Position numbers and translations under genes: made by a program. Positions 1 through 10,200 of a stretch of DNA of 64,000 nt are shown here, piece after piece; positions within the stretch are counted from its first letter, which is position 1, and each line of letters begins with the position of its first letter. The DNA lies in NCBI GenBank assembly GCA_963718615.1, contig OY970368.1, positions 2,464,001-2,528,000 of the forward strand. Direction: 5' to 3'. Origin of the DNA: an uncultured cyanobacterium (GTDB lineage: Bacteria; Cyanobacteriota; Cyanobacteriia; PCC-9006; JAAUQQ01). The notes under the pieces are model-generated. The model worked only from the letters and a program-made list of their open reading frames with translations, was not told where the DNA came from and did no database searches.

Positions 1-955
1 AGTTCAGCGGGAATTTACGACGCTTGAGCATCGTCAGGCCCAGAGGCAATAGGCTAAACAACCCGGCCAGATCCCGGAACGAGTTGCCCAAAACCCGTAG
101 CCCAAATTTGCGTTCGTCAATCCAGCCGCCCCGTTTGACCAGATCCACCAAGACTTTGCGGTGGCGGAGAGCGCGGCTGTGGTTAATATCCGCTGTGGAT
201 GCTTGGGCGAGCAGTTGTTCTTTGATCCGGCCAATTTGGTCCATGGGCGCGACTTCCATGGGGCAGACGGCATTGCAGTAATAGCAGCGGGTGCAACCCC
301 AGACGCCGGAGTCGGTTTGGCCGTACTGATGGAGGCGATCGCCCCTGCGATCGTCCCGAGTATCCACCAGCGTCCGCCAGCCCTTGGCCAGGGCATGGGG
401 TCCGACAAAGTTGGGATTGACTTCACGGGCGTTGCATTCGGAATAGCAGGCTCCGCAGAGGATGCAGTTGCCGGTTTGGTTGAGTTTGTCCCGTTCTGCT
501 GGGGTTTGCAGAAACTCCCGCTCGGGAATTTGGCGAGCGGCGGTGCTGACGTAGGGATCAACGGCTTTGAGATTTTGCCAGAAGGAGTCCATATCGACGA
601 TCAGGTCTTTGATCACCGGCATATTCCCCATGGGGGCGATCCTTAAGGTCGGTATGATTTCCGTCGAACTTTCGCTGACATGCTCGCGGACTGGCTCCAT
701 GGGCTCTAGCCTTGCTAGTTCACCCCGCAGACTTTCCTTGCAGGCTAGGGTCGAGCGGCCATTGATGCGCATGGAGCAACTGCCGCAGATCGTATTACGA
801 CAATTTTTGCGGAAGCCCAGCGTTCCGTCCTGTTCCCATTTGATTTTGTTGAGACAATCTAACACCGTGTTGCCCGGTTCGGCCTCCAGCTCATAGCGCT
901 GAATGCGGGGGGCTTCACCCTGGGTTTGGCGCAGAATCTCAAAGGCAACTTTCAT
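1..955 (-). CDS. sdhB: Succinate dehydrogenase/fumarate reductase iron-sulfur subunit (3' end runs off the window)
   Basis: Manual translation from ATG at 955: MKVAFEILRQ...FRKNCRNTICGSCSMRING (2Fe-2S motif), CILCGACYSEC and CTRCYYCNAVCP ferredoxin motifs. Absent from the ORF track because no stop falls in the window. Confidence 0.93.
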   Translation of the reverse strand, partial: MKVAFEILRQTQGEAPRIQRYELEAEPGNTVLDCLNKIKWEQDGTLGFRKNCRNTICGSCSMRINGRSTLACKESLRGELARLEPMEPVREHVSESSTEIIPTLRIAPMGNMPVIKDLIVDMDSFWQNLKAVDPYVSTAARQIPEREFLQTPAERDKLNQTGNCILCGACYSECNAREVNPNFVGPHALAKGWRTLVDTRDDRRGDRLHQYGQTDSGVWGCTRCYYCNAVCPMEVAPMDQIGRIKEQLLAQASTADINHSRALRHRKVLVDLVKRGGWIDERKFGLRVLGNSFRDLAGLFSLLPLGLTMLKRRKFPLN

Positions 956-1083
956 AACCGGACGCTCCAGGCTGATTTCTGGCGTTGGGTGTTGCGTTGC
1001 TCGACCCAGCCGAGAAATTTTTCCCCTTTAGGATAAGCGATCGCCCGCTCCCTCTCCTGCCTCGTCGCGCATCTTAATGCCCG

Positions 1084-1920
1084 TTACCCATGGCACTGCA
1101 ACCAATCGAGCAAATCCTGCCACACCTGCGCCCGTTCGGGTTCGTTAAAGACTTCGTGATATAGCCCCTCATAGCGCTTGAAGGTTTTATCGGTGGATTG
1201 GGCTGCTTGATAGAGAGCTTCGCTGCCGGTAATGGGGGCGAGGCGATCGCCCGTCCCATGGAAAATCAGCAGCGGCAGTTGCAGTGCCGACCGATGGGCC
1301 TCGATCCAGCGAATGGTGCGAATCAGTTCTGCCCCCGTTCGCGCTCGAATCTTGCCATGATGAATCAGCGGGTCCTGGTCATAGGCTGCCCGCACTGCCG
1401 GATCGCGACTGATGCCGGTGTGATCCAGAGCAACCGTGGGCATTGTCGGCAGTAGCGTTCCCAGCAGCCCCGAGAGCCGAATGAGTAAGGGCGAGACCTT
1501 GGGGTTAAGGGCCAGGGCCGGGGCACTGAGAATGAGTCCGGCGAGGTTTACTTCAGGGTGTTCGAGGACAAACCGGGTGGCGATCGCCCCTCCCATACTG
1601 TGCCCCAACAAAAACAGCGGTGTCCTTGGCGGTGTTATTGAATTTGGCGGCGTTATTGAATGTTGTGTTTGCACCTGGTCTAAAACGGTTTGCACATCCA
1701 CCAGATAATCCTCAAATCGCTCTACATACCCCCGCATCCCAGGCGATCGCCCATGGCCGCGAAGATCAAAGCCATAGACCGCATACTGATGGGTATTGAG
1801 AAATTGGGCGAGTTCAGCGTAGCGATCGCTATGTTCTGCCAACCCATGGACAATGAGAACCACACCGCGTAGCGGCAGATTTGGGCTAGATGTGGGCAAC
1901 CAACTTTGCCGGTATAACAT
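1084..1920 (-). CDS. Alpha/beta hydrolase, lysophospholipase/monoacylglycerol lipase family
   Basis: HGLAEH, DLRGHGRS, GHSMGG nucleophile elbow, HGTGD, YHEVFNEP. ATG at 1920 overlaps the kinase stop (TGATG). Confidence 0.9.
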   Translation of the reverse strand: MLYRQSWLPTSSPNLPLRGVVLIVHGLAEHSDRYAELAQFLNTHQYAVYGFDLRGHGRSPGMRGYVERFEDYLVDVQTVLDQVQTQHSITPPNSITPPRTPLFLLGHSMGGAIATRFVLEHPEVNLAGLILSAPALALNPKVSPLLIRLSGLLGTLLPTMPTVALDHTGISRDPAVRAAYDQDPLIHHGKIRARTGAELIRTIRWIEAHRSALQLPLLIFHGTGDRLAPITGSEALYQAAQSTDKTFKRYEGLYHEVFNEPERAQVWQDLLDWLQCHG

Positions 1921-3791
1921 CAATTGACTTGGTCCAACCATTGATTGGCGATGTCGCACCAGGCTTCCACATAGGCGGTTTGCTTGGGGTCGCTGGGATT
2001 GATGGCTCCTGTATGTTCGGGATAGCGATCGCGAAATTGCTCATCCACCTCCTGCCAAGAGGCTTTCTCCGCTGGGAGTTGGTTGAATCGAGCGATGGCA
2101 TCGGCCTGACATTGGGGATTGCTTAACCCTGTGCCCAAGGGACCGGCTCCTGCTGGCCGTTGAAGGGTCGGAAACTGAAAGGTCGGCCACTGAAGGGCTG
2201 GAAATTCAATGACAGGAAACGGGATGTCCGGCAACTCGATTGCGGGCCACTGAACCGGTGGTAACTCCGTTGGCAAGGGGGGTAAATTAATATCCGGCAA
2301 GGGTGGGAGGGCGATCGCAGGCCATTCGGGCAAGGGGGGTAATTGAGGCAACTGCCCCTGGGCAATGCTGGGCAGCACCCGCCGCACCCCACTGTAGAGC
2401 ACTAGCAACACCAACAGGCTTGGCCCAACGCGAAAGGCTAGAAAACTCAGAAGGGGTTGAATCCACAATAAAGGGCGAACCCAGAGGGGCCAGATATATC
2501 GGGTCGGTTCGATGGTGATGGTTTGGGGGAGCGATCGCCCAATCGCAACGGTTTTTTGCACTGAGAAGGGAGCGGTTTCTGCCGATCGAGCCATGTTGGC
2601 AGGTCGCAGAATTTCAGTGGGTGCTAGTTCTGCTGGCAGAGGGGTGGTCTCCCGTGCAAATTCCACAGGTCGCGGGGAAAAGCGATTGGACAAACGGCTG
2701 GGAGGGATCTGGGTCGGAGGGAATGGACTTGAAGAAGATTGGCTTGAAGGAAATTGGCTAGGAGGGCATTGAGTGGGCGGTAATTGTGTCGGCGGTAATT
2801 GCGTGGGGGAAAATGGGCTAGAGGAAAATTGACTGGGGGGAAATTCGGTTAGGGTTCGCAGTTGGGCCTGGGCGGCAAGCTGATGGAGCGCGGCTAAAAC
2901 CTCCGCAGCCGAATGAAAGCGTTGTTCTGGTTGAGTTTGCAACAATTGGGTTAAAATCATCGCCAACCCTGGGCTGACAATGACCTGCTGTTGCCAGAGC
3001 CAGCGATCTTGGTGAGGGTCGTAGAGTTCAGCGGGGTTGCGTTGGCCGGTGAGGAGGGCGATCGCACAAACCCCCAGAGCATACAAATCGCTTGAAGGAT
3101 AGGCTTCTCCCAGGCTTTGCTCGGGGGGGCTATAGCCTTTCTTGGCAATGAACGTGCGTTGTTGGGGGAGCGAGGCTGATGCGGAATGGAGCGCATGTTT
3201 GACAGTGCCGAAATCAATTAGCACGGGGCGGCTAGTGCGGGTGCTCAGGAGGATGTTGTCGAGAGCGATGTCGCGGTGGATGACGGCGGGATTGTGGTTG
3301 TGGAGATAGTCTAAAACGGGCAGAAAGTCCCGCAGAAACTGAATGACTTGAATTTCGGGAAATGCACCAAATTGCAGCAGGTCTAGATAAGTCGGTCCTT
3401 CAATCCATTCCTGCACGAGCATCCAGTGGGTTTGGCCTTTGACTTCGATTTCAAATTCTTCGCGAAATTGAGGAATTTGGGCATGGCTCAGCCGATGCAG
3501 GACAGCGGCTTCACGCTGGAAGAGTTCACGGGCTTTTTGAATGCCTTGGGCATCGGTGGTGCTGAGGGGGGCAAATTCTTTGAGAACGCAGGGTTCGTTG
3601 TGGCGGCGGCTATCGGTGGCGAGGTAGGTGCGGCCAAATCCGCCGTGGCCAATTTGTTGGCGAATGGTGTAGCGGCCATCGATCACTTGCCCTACGGCGA
3701 GGGGGGCTCCCACGACTCCCCAAGGCTCGGGGGCTCGGCGTTTGCCCCGTAGGGTTGGCAAAAAACTAATTTTAGGGCGGGGGAGTCTCAT
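1920..3791 (-). CDS. Hanks-type Ser/Thr protein kinase with Pro-rich linker and TM segment
   Basis: GHGGFGRTY, VLKEF, HRDIALDN, LIDFG, SSDLYALG; hydrophobic segment PSLLVLLVLY. Confidence 0.93.
   Translation of the reverse strand: MRLPRPKISFLPTLRGKRRAPEPWGVVGAPLAVGQVIDGRYTIRQQIGHGGFGRTYLATDSRRHNEPCVLKEFAPLSTTDAQGIQKARELFQREAAVLHRLSHAQIPQFREEFEIEVKGQTHWMLVQEWIEGPTYLDLLQFGAFPEIQVIQFLRDFLPVLDYLHNHNPAVIHRDIALDNILLSTRTSRPVLIDFGTVKHALHSASASLPQQRTFIAKKGYSPPEQSLGEAYPSSDLYALGVCAIALLTGQRNPAELYDPHQDRWLWQQQVIVSPGLAMILTQLLQTQPEQRFHSAAEVLAALHQLAAQAQLRTLTEFPPSQFSSSPFSPTQLPPTQLPPTQCPPSQFPSSQSSSSPFPPTQIPPSRLSNRFSPRPVEFARETTPLPAELAPTEILRPANMARSAETAPFSVQKTVAIGRSLPQTITIEPTRYIWPLWVRPLLWIQPLLSFLAFRVGPSLLVLLVLYSGVRRVLPSIAQGQLPQLPPLPEWPAIALPPLPDINLPPLPTELPPVQWPAIELPDIPFPVIEFPALQWPTFQFPTLQRPAGAGPLGTGLSNPQCQADAIARFNQLPAEKASWQEVDEQFRDRYPEHTGAINPSDPKQTAYVEAWCDIANQWLDQVN
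2690..2845 (-). repeat. Degenerate 15-nt coding tandem repeat (PPTQL/PPSQF) in the kinase linker
   Basis: Protein reads PPSQFSSSPFSPTQLPPTQLPPTQCPPSQFPSSQSSSSPFPPTQIPPSRL. Confidence 0.75.
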
Positions 3792-4367
3792 ACAGGGAGC
3801 GGGGAGTGGGTCAGAGGCTTGCCAGGAAAGGAACTCCCTGACGAAAATGTGGTGGTTTTGTTCCTGCGGGCTAAAAGCAGGGCCGCGTCATAGGTTTTTC
3901 CGACGTGTTTTTCTCACTATATAGCAAGGGAAGAGGGTGACGTCCAAGACCCTCTACAAAAAAGGCATCCCTCGATTCAGCAATGCCATACAAAATGCTT
4001 TCCTCTCTTGAGGTGATTGGGTCCACTTCATACGATGAGAGATCGGACAGTTGGTCGTGCCAGATAATTCTATATGTTCTCAAAACCTCACTCGCTCTTT
4101 GGTGGCTTGGTGTTAAAATTCTCCAGTAACCAGCACTATAACCGCCTTCCGCACGGCTCTTGTAGGTGGTGGTTTGTACAACTGGTTTCTCCTATGAAAT
4201 CCCCTTTAACCTACCTGACGAGCATCTTGCCTTATTCTCCTCCAAGGCTCCTGGCTTCTTCAAATAGATAAAGTCGATCTTGGGCTCAGTTCAAGATGAT
4301 CACAAATTATCTGGTGTCTAACTCCTCTCAGGCATACAATATGCTCAGTATTTTCCCCGTATCGTTC

Positions 4368-4708
4368 ATGAACAATACTAAAATAGTTGAGTCTTTGCTT
4401 TGGATGAAGAGCGATGAGGAGTCTGAAGAGATTTTGCAGGCAATGGTACGAGTCGCGGCAAAATTGGAGGAACACCAAGACGCAAAAGTGTTACCGGTAA
4501 TAAAGCCAGAGAGAAGGGTGACCTGTTAGTAAGCGACATCTTGAACGTAGAAATAAATCTAAGGAACATTGTGACATTTGGGAAATGGCTTTATGGGAGG
4601 AGAATTGTGGGAATGCCGACTAAATCTAAATTCAAGTCAGGACGTGTAAAATTTGAGTTTGGCGGTCAAAATATCAAAGATTTAGCATCGGCATTCAACG
4701 AGTTTTAA
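4368..4708 (+). pseudogene. Frameshifted small partner gene (EACC1-like) upstream of the caspase
   Basis: MNNTKIVESLLWMKSDEESEEILQ...VIKP continues after a 1-nt slip near 4509 as EKGDLLVSDILNVEINLRNIVTFGKWLYGRRIVG...FEFGGQNIKDLASAFNEF*. This resembles the small proteins that precede cyanobacterial caspases. Confidence 0.6.
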
Positions 4709-4767
4709 AAGTTCGTAGAAGTGATTAGTGTATCGAAGTAAAACAGATAGTAGCTAAGGAGATAACT

Positions 4768-7038
4768 ATGAGTCGGCGTGCGCTTCTGATCGGAGTAAGC
4801 GAATACGGTGAAGGCTTTGACTCTTTACCCGGAAGCCTGCGAGATGTTCGCAAAATGGCCAATGTGCTAGGCGATTCAGAGCAAGGAGCGTTTGAAAAAC
4901 CTATAGTACTAGAAAATCCAACCTTGAACGAAATAAAAGAGGAGATTGAGCAGTTTTTTCGTGGAGCGGGATCAGAGAAAGATGATTTATTGCTGCTATA
5001 TTTTTCTGGTCACGGGGATTTGGGAAGTGATTTTGTGCGTCAGCAACTTCATCTGTGTGCAAAAGGAACTCGAAAATTAAACGGACAACTGATGGAATCT
5101 AGTGCAATGTCGGCTGAATTCCTTAAAAGACAAATGGATCTTAGTAAATCTACGCAAATTATAGTAATTTTAGACTGCTGTTATAGCGGGGCGATCGCAG
5201 ATTTACTAAGAAAAGGAGATGAAGACAGTGCCTTTAATGAACTGAGAGCTCCAGGACGTGTCATTCTAGCCTCATCTAGTGCGTCGCAGTCTTCTTACCA
5301 ATCAACGGATGGCCTATCTCTTTATACGCATTACTTACTAGAAGGAATGACTGGAGCCGCACAGCCTAAAAATTCTCACGCTCCGTGGATTGTTGTGCAG
5401 GATCTACATGCTTATGCAGAGCGGCGTTTTGAAGTAGAGCAAAGAGGTGGGGTATCGCCGAAAATCATTGTTGCTAGGGATACAGGTTATGACATTCCTA
5501 TCGTCAAAGCACCAAGACCATTACCCCTCTTGGACTATAGGCAAGAAGTAGATGAACTCTTTCAGGATCTAGATCGAGAGCGAGGATTGGAATTTAAGGG
5601 AAAAATTGAAGAACCGTTAGCTCGGGCGAGACTAGAAACTTCGCGTCTTTGTCTAGGCACAATAAGTCCTGAGGAGGCTCAAAAAATTGAGCAAGAAGTT
5701 CAAGCACCTTACTTAGCCAGAGAGAAACAACGACGAGATTATGAGCGAAACTTTGAGTTAGCAGTGAAGGATGGTTTTTTGCCAGATGATTTCAATCTGA
5801 AACAGCTCGAAAAAATTCGGCAAAATATAGGTTTAGGTAAAGAGGATGCCGATAGAATTGCACAGTTTATTTCACGGCAGCGACGATTAAGACCCCGTCC
5901 TGCAACTCTATCATCATCCTCTCAATCCATGAGATTCTCTCAACTTGATGTTGGTTGGGCTGAGGCTGCGGCAAGAGCTACGGCAACTACTACTCAACTA
6001 GGAAATGAAGCTAAAGCCGCAGCCAGTAAGCTATCTAGTGCGACCCATCAGTTACAGTCCCATTTTTTCACCCGTCGTACTTTTCTTAATTCTTTACGCT
6101 TAGCTGGAATAGGTTTTTGCCTAGCATATATTATAAAAAATTTAGATCTTTTGAAAGAGCAATTGCCTAAATCAAACTTAAGTCTAAACGGTCTTGATTC
6201 TCGCAATACTATTCCTCCTTTGATGAGAAGTGAATTTGAAGCCATAGAGGTCAACGAGAGCGGTATCGTCATTGGAACAAGATCCAGCTTCAAGTATTTC
6301 TTTGAAGAAGATTTAGGGCAGGGAATTCTGATCGAGATGATACAAATAAAAACAGAAAATTTTCCTGTTGACACTTCAATCTCATACATTGAAGATAGTC
6401 AAGGTCGGCGTGTAGAGGAAGTAAAAATACCCAATTTCTTTATAAGCCGTACTGAAATTACCCAGGAGCAATACGAGGTAATAACGGGGCAGACTCCATC
6501 CCTATTTATAGGGAAAACTCGTCCAGTAGAAAGAGTGAGTTGGTATGATGCTCAAGCATTTTGTCAACTTTTAAGTAAACGAACAGGCAAAAAGTATCGC
6601 TTGCCAACTGAAGACGAATGGGAGTATGCCTGTCGTGCAACAACAATAACGCCGTTTCATTTTGGTAAAGTACTCATCCCGTCTTTGGCCAATTATCGTG
6701 AAAGTACTACGGGAATAGAAGCTCTTTTATCTCTTAATCAGACTAAAGAATCAAAAAATCAAACGAAAGATGTAGGAAGTTTTCAGCCGAATGGATTTGG
6801 TCTATGTGATATGCATGGAAATGTTTCAGAATGGTGTGGAGATTACCTGTATATTCAGAATCAAAAAGTGACATTAGTTCGGCATCCTGCCTACTCGACA
6901 ACTAGTGAAAATTTGTATGGGGTTCGAGGAGGTTCTTACAGCAGTCTCATGGAAGAGAGCAGTTCTACTAGCCGTCAGAGTTTTCCACCTAACTATTCTA
7001 GTGAAGTATTGGGTTTTCGGATAGCGTGCTCTTTTTAA
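4768..7038 (+). CDS. Caspase-like (peptidase C14) domain + helical middle region + TM + FGE-sulfatase (SUMF1) domain protein
   Basis: RALLIGVSEY, YFSGHG and ILDCCYSG (His-Cys dyad); C-terminal PVERVSWYDA, YRLPTEDEWEYACRA, NGFGLCDMHGNVSEWC, RGGSY, GFRIA. RBS AAGGAG upstream. Confidence 0.93.
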   Translation: MSRRALLIGVSEYGEGFDSLPGSLRDVRKMANVLGDSEQGAFEKPIVLENPTLNEIKEEIEQFFRGAGSEKDDLLLLYFSGHGDLGSDFVRQQLHLCAKGTRKLNGQLMESSAMSAEFLKRQMDLSKSTQIIVILDCCYSGAIADLLRKGDEDSAFNELRAPGRVILASSSASQSSYQSTDGLSLYTHYLLEGMTGAAQPKNSHAPWIVVQDLHAYAERRFEVEQRGGVSPKIIVARDTGYDIPIVKAPRPLPLLDYRQEVDELFQDLDRERGLEFKGKIEEPLARARLETSRLCLGTISPEEAQKIEQEVQAPYLAREKQRRDYERNFELAVKDGFLPDDFNLKQLEKIRQNIGLGKEDADRIAQFISRQRRLRPRPATLSSSSQSMRFSQLDVGWAEAAARATATTTQLGNEAKAAASKLSSATHQLQSHFFTRRTFLNSLRLAGIGFCLAYIIKNLDLLKEQLPKSNLSLNGLDSRNTIPPLMRSEFEAIEVNESGIVIGTRSSFKYFFEEDLGQGILIEMIQIKTENFPVDTSISYIEDSQGRRVEEVKIPNFFISRTEITQEQYEVITGQTPSLFIGKTRPVERVSWYDAQAFCQLLSKRTGKKYRLPTEDEWEYACRATTITPFHFGKVLIPSLANYRESTTGIEALLSLNQTKESKNQTKDVGSFQPNGFGLCDMHGNVSEWCGDYLYIQNQKVTLVRHPAYSTTSENLYGVRGGSYSSLMEESSSTSRQSFPPNYSSEVLGFRIACSF

Positions 7039-7186
7039 TCGTTAAGACTTGTCGGTACATATAATTCTTTCGAGGTGCAAGTATTTTAAACAGTTTATAA
7101 GCCTATCCGAAATCGTCAGGCTAAACAATCCCTAAAGGTCTGAGCACAATTCCACTACTCAGATTAATTTTTACAAGTCTCTATAA

Positions 7187-7226
7187 TCTGTGTGCCAAAT
7201 CGAAATTCTGTGTGCCAAATCGAAAT
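7187..7226. repeat. Perfect 20-bp tandem duplication TCTGTGTGCCAAATCGAAAT x2
   Basis: Read directly at 7187-7206 and 7207-7226. Confidence 0.9.
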
Positions 7227-7286
7227 ATAGACTCAAAATTGTTTATATAAGGTATTGCGCTGATAAATTGCCCTGAATATAACTTT

Positions 7287-10200
7287 CTATCCCGCAGGTT
7301 GGGGTGCAGGCTCCTCCTGGGAAATGCCCAGCACCTGCGTATATGCGCCTCGTGCCTGGGTCACGCCAATGGTTCGGTGGGCGGCCTCGATCATCGGGCG
7401 GCGGTGGCTGACCACAATAAACTGGGCCTGATCCGACTGTTGCCGAATCAATTGCGAGAGCCGCTCCACGTTTGCCCCATCGAGAAAACTATCCACCTCA
7501 TCAAAGGCATAGAACGGCGAAGGCCGATAGCGCTGGAGCGCGAAGATAAAGCTCAGAGCTGTCAGGGATTTTTCGCCCCCGGACATAGAGGCCAACCGTC
7601 GCACGGCCTTGCCCTTAGGATGGGCTACGAGGTTGAGACCGCCATTGAGCGGATTTTCCGGGTCTTCCAATTGCAGATAGCCCTCGCCCTCGGAAAGCCC
7701 CGCAAAAATTTCCTTGAAGTTTTCGTTGACCGCTTCGTAGGCTTCCATAAAGGCCCGCTGTCGCAGTGTCGTGAAGTTCTCGATGCGCAAGAGCAATTCC
7801 GTGCGTTCCGACTCCAGCGTCGCAAGCTTTTCCCGCAGATCCCCTAACCGTTGCTCCGTGCGTTCGTATTCTTCCAGGGCCAGCATATTGACGGGCTCCA
7901 TGGCCTGGATGCGCTTGGCCAACAGCCGCAGATTGTGCTGGAGTGAGGCGACGCCCTCGGTGCGGGTTTCCTCGGGAATTTCCGGCAGGGGATCCGGAAG
8001 CTCGGCGGCTTGCTCCGTTAAGGTTTGCTCTAGTTCCTGGAGCTGGATGCGTTGTTCTTGCTGGGTTTCCTGGACCTTCTGGAGCTTCCATTCGAGCTGT
8101 TGCTTTTGGCCCTGTTGTTCCCGCAGGAGGCGTTCGGTGCGATCGCGTTCTTCCTTCTCCGACCCCAACTTTTTCTCAATCACTCCCAATTCCGCTTGGA
8201 TTTGACTAATGCGATTCAGTAGCTCATCCCGTTGACGGGCCAAGGATCCCTGAAGCTGAAGCTGCTCAGTTTGTTGCTGGCGCAAGCTTTGCTGCTTTTT
8301 CTGATTTTCCCCGAGGCGTTCCTGAAGCCGCTGAAGCTGATTTTCCAACTCTAGCAACTGTTGCTCAGCGCTACGCAGGGCCAGTTCTCGCTGCTGCAAC
8401 GTCGCTTCCCGCTCCTGAACCAAGCCCTGGCGCTGTTGCCATTCGCTGTGGAGGGGGGATTTTTCTAATTCCGCGAGTTGCTGGCGTAGAGCTTGAAGCT
8501 GTTGGTCTTGCTCGGGCAGATTGCCGCTGAGGGACTGGAGGCGATTTGTGGCGTTGGCTTGGTTGACTCGATTTTTTTCGACGGCCTGTTGAAGCTGTGT
8601 TTGTTGCTGGCTAAGCCGACTGAGGAGGGTTTGGGCCTGTTCCGACTGGAACTGCTGGGTGCGGTGTTGGTCGCGGACTTGGGTGAGGGTTTGGGTGCGA
8701 TCGCGCAGTTTCTCCGAGAGACCTTGGATGGTGCGATCGCAATGACTCAAAATTCGCTCGATTTCTTGAAGTCGCGATCGCAACTGCTGAACTTCCTCAG
8801 AATCACTAGCTTCCGCATTACCAAAGGAAAGCCCCCCGGACTGGTGCCTGACGCTGCCGCCGGTCATGGCTCCGCTGGCTTCGAGCAGATCACCTTCCAG
8901 CGTGACGATCCGATAGCGGCCCATGTTGCGACGGGCCAAATTGATAGTTTGAAAAACGACGGTGTTGCCGAGTAAATAGCTAAAAATATCGCGATAGGCG
9001 GCGTCGCATGTCACCAGATTGACCGCGTGGTCGATAAAGCCCTCGGGTTGCTGCCAAGCGGCAATCTCGGCGAGTTTACCGGGGCGAATTTTGTTCATGG
9101 GCAAGAACGTTGCCCGTCCGCCTCGCTGGCGCTTGAGCAGTTCAATCCCGGCGGCGGCGACGCTATCATCTTCCACGACAATAAAGCCCAACCGACCCCC
9201 CACCGCTGTTTCCAGCGCCAGCCGATAGCGCGGTTCCACCTGGCCCAACTCCGCCACAATGCCGCAGACCCCCGAAATCCCCGCTTGCATGATGATGCGA
9301 CTGGCCTGGGTGCCCTGGGTTTCCTGAATGGCTTGGGTCATGCTTTCCAGTTTGTCGAGCTGGCGCTGTTTCTCCCGCTGTTCCCGCAGCAACCGGGTTT
9401 GGGTTTCCTGCTGGAGTTTGAGCTCCTGCTCCGTGACAGCGACGGCGCTGGCGGCTTCTCCCACCTGTTCGGCGAGGCGATCGCGCCCTTTCAATCCCTC
9501 TTCTACTTTTGTTCGCTGAGCGACTAACTCCTGCTCAATGCGCGTCAGCTCCGCCTCCTGTTCCGCTAGCTGCGTGCTCAACTGTTGTGCCCGTTCTTGG
9601 AGCTGGGCTTGCTCGGTGCGTTGGGGATTGAGGGTTTGAGTAATTTGGTCGATTTGTTGCCGCAGAGCCTGCTGTTGTTGGACCCAGGCTTGGGATTCCG
9701 TGGCGATGGCATTGGCCGCATTGCGGCTATTTTCTAGCTCCGCTTGGGCATGATTGCGCTGGGTTTGTAGATCAATAATGGCACTACGTTGTTGAGGCAA
9801 CTGGGCCTGCTGAAGCGTCCTGAGATGACGCTCGTACTCTTCCTGTTCCGTCTGGCTAGCGGAGAGTTGTTCCAGTAGTTTACGATTCGATTCCTCTAGC
9901 TCCCGCTGTTGCCGTTCAAGCTGGCGCTGTTCCGCCTGGTGGGTGGCAAGATCAGACTGAAGCTTGAGCAGATCCGCTTCGCCCAGCGCTTTAACACGGG
10001 CGTTGAGTTCGTCCAGGGTGCGGGCGGTCACTGTGATGGTTTCACCCGTGGACTGGATTTGTTGATTGAGGTCTGTTTGTTGACGGTCGGCGGCGGCGAT
10101 CGCCGCCGTCAGCTTAGTCGCCTGCTGCTTCCCCTCTTCCCAAATCAGCACCGCTTCCCACTTCTGCTGAGCTTCGAGCTGTTGCCGCAGTTGCTTGTAC

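Noticed and set aside
3871-4271. Small ORFs between the kinase and the caspase islet
   Set aside because: No RBS or recognisable homology; cannot support as genes.
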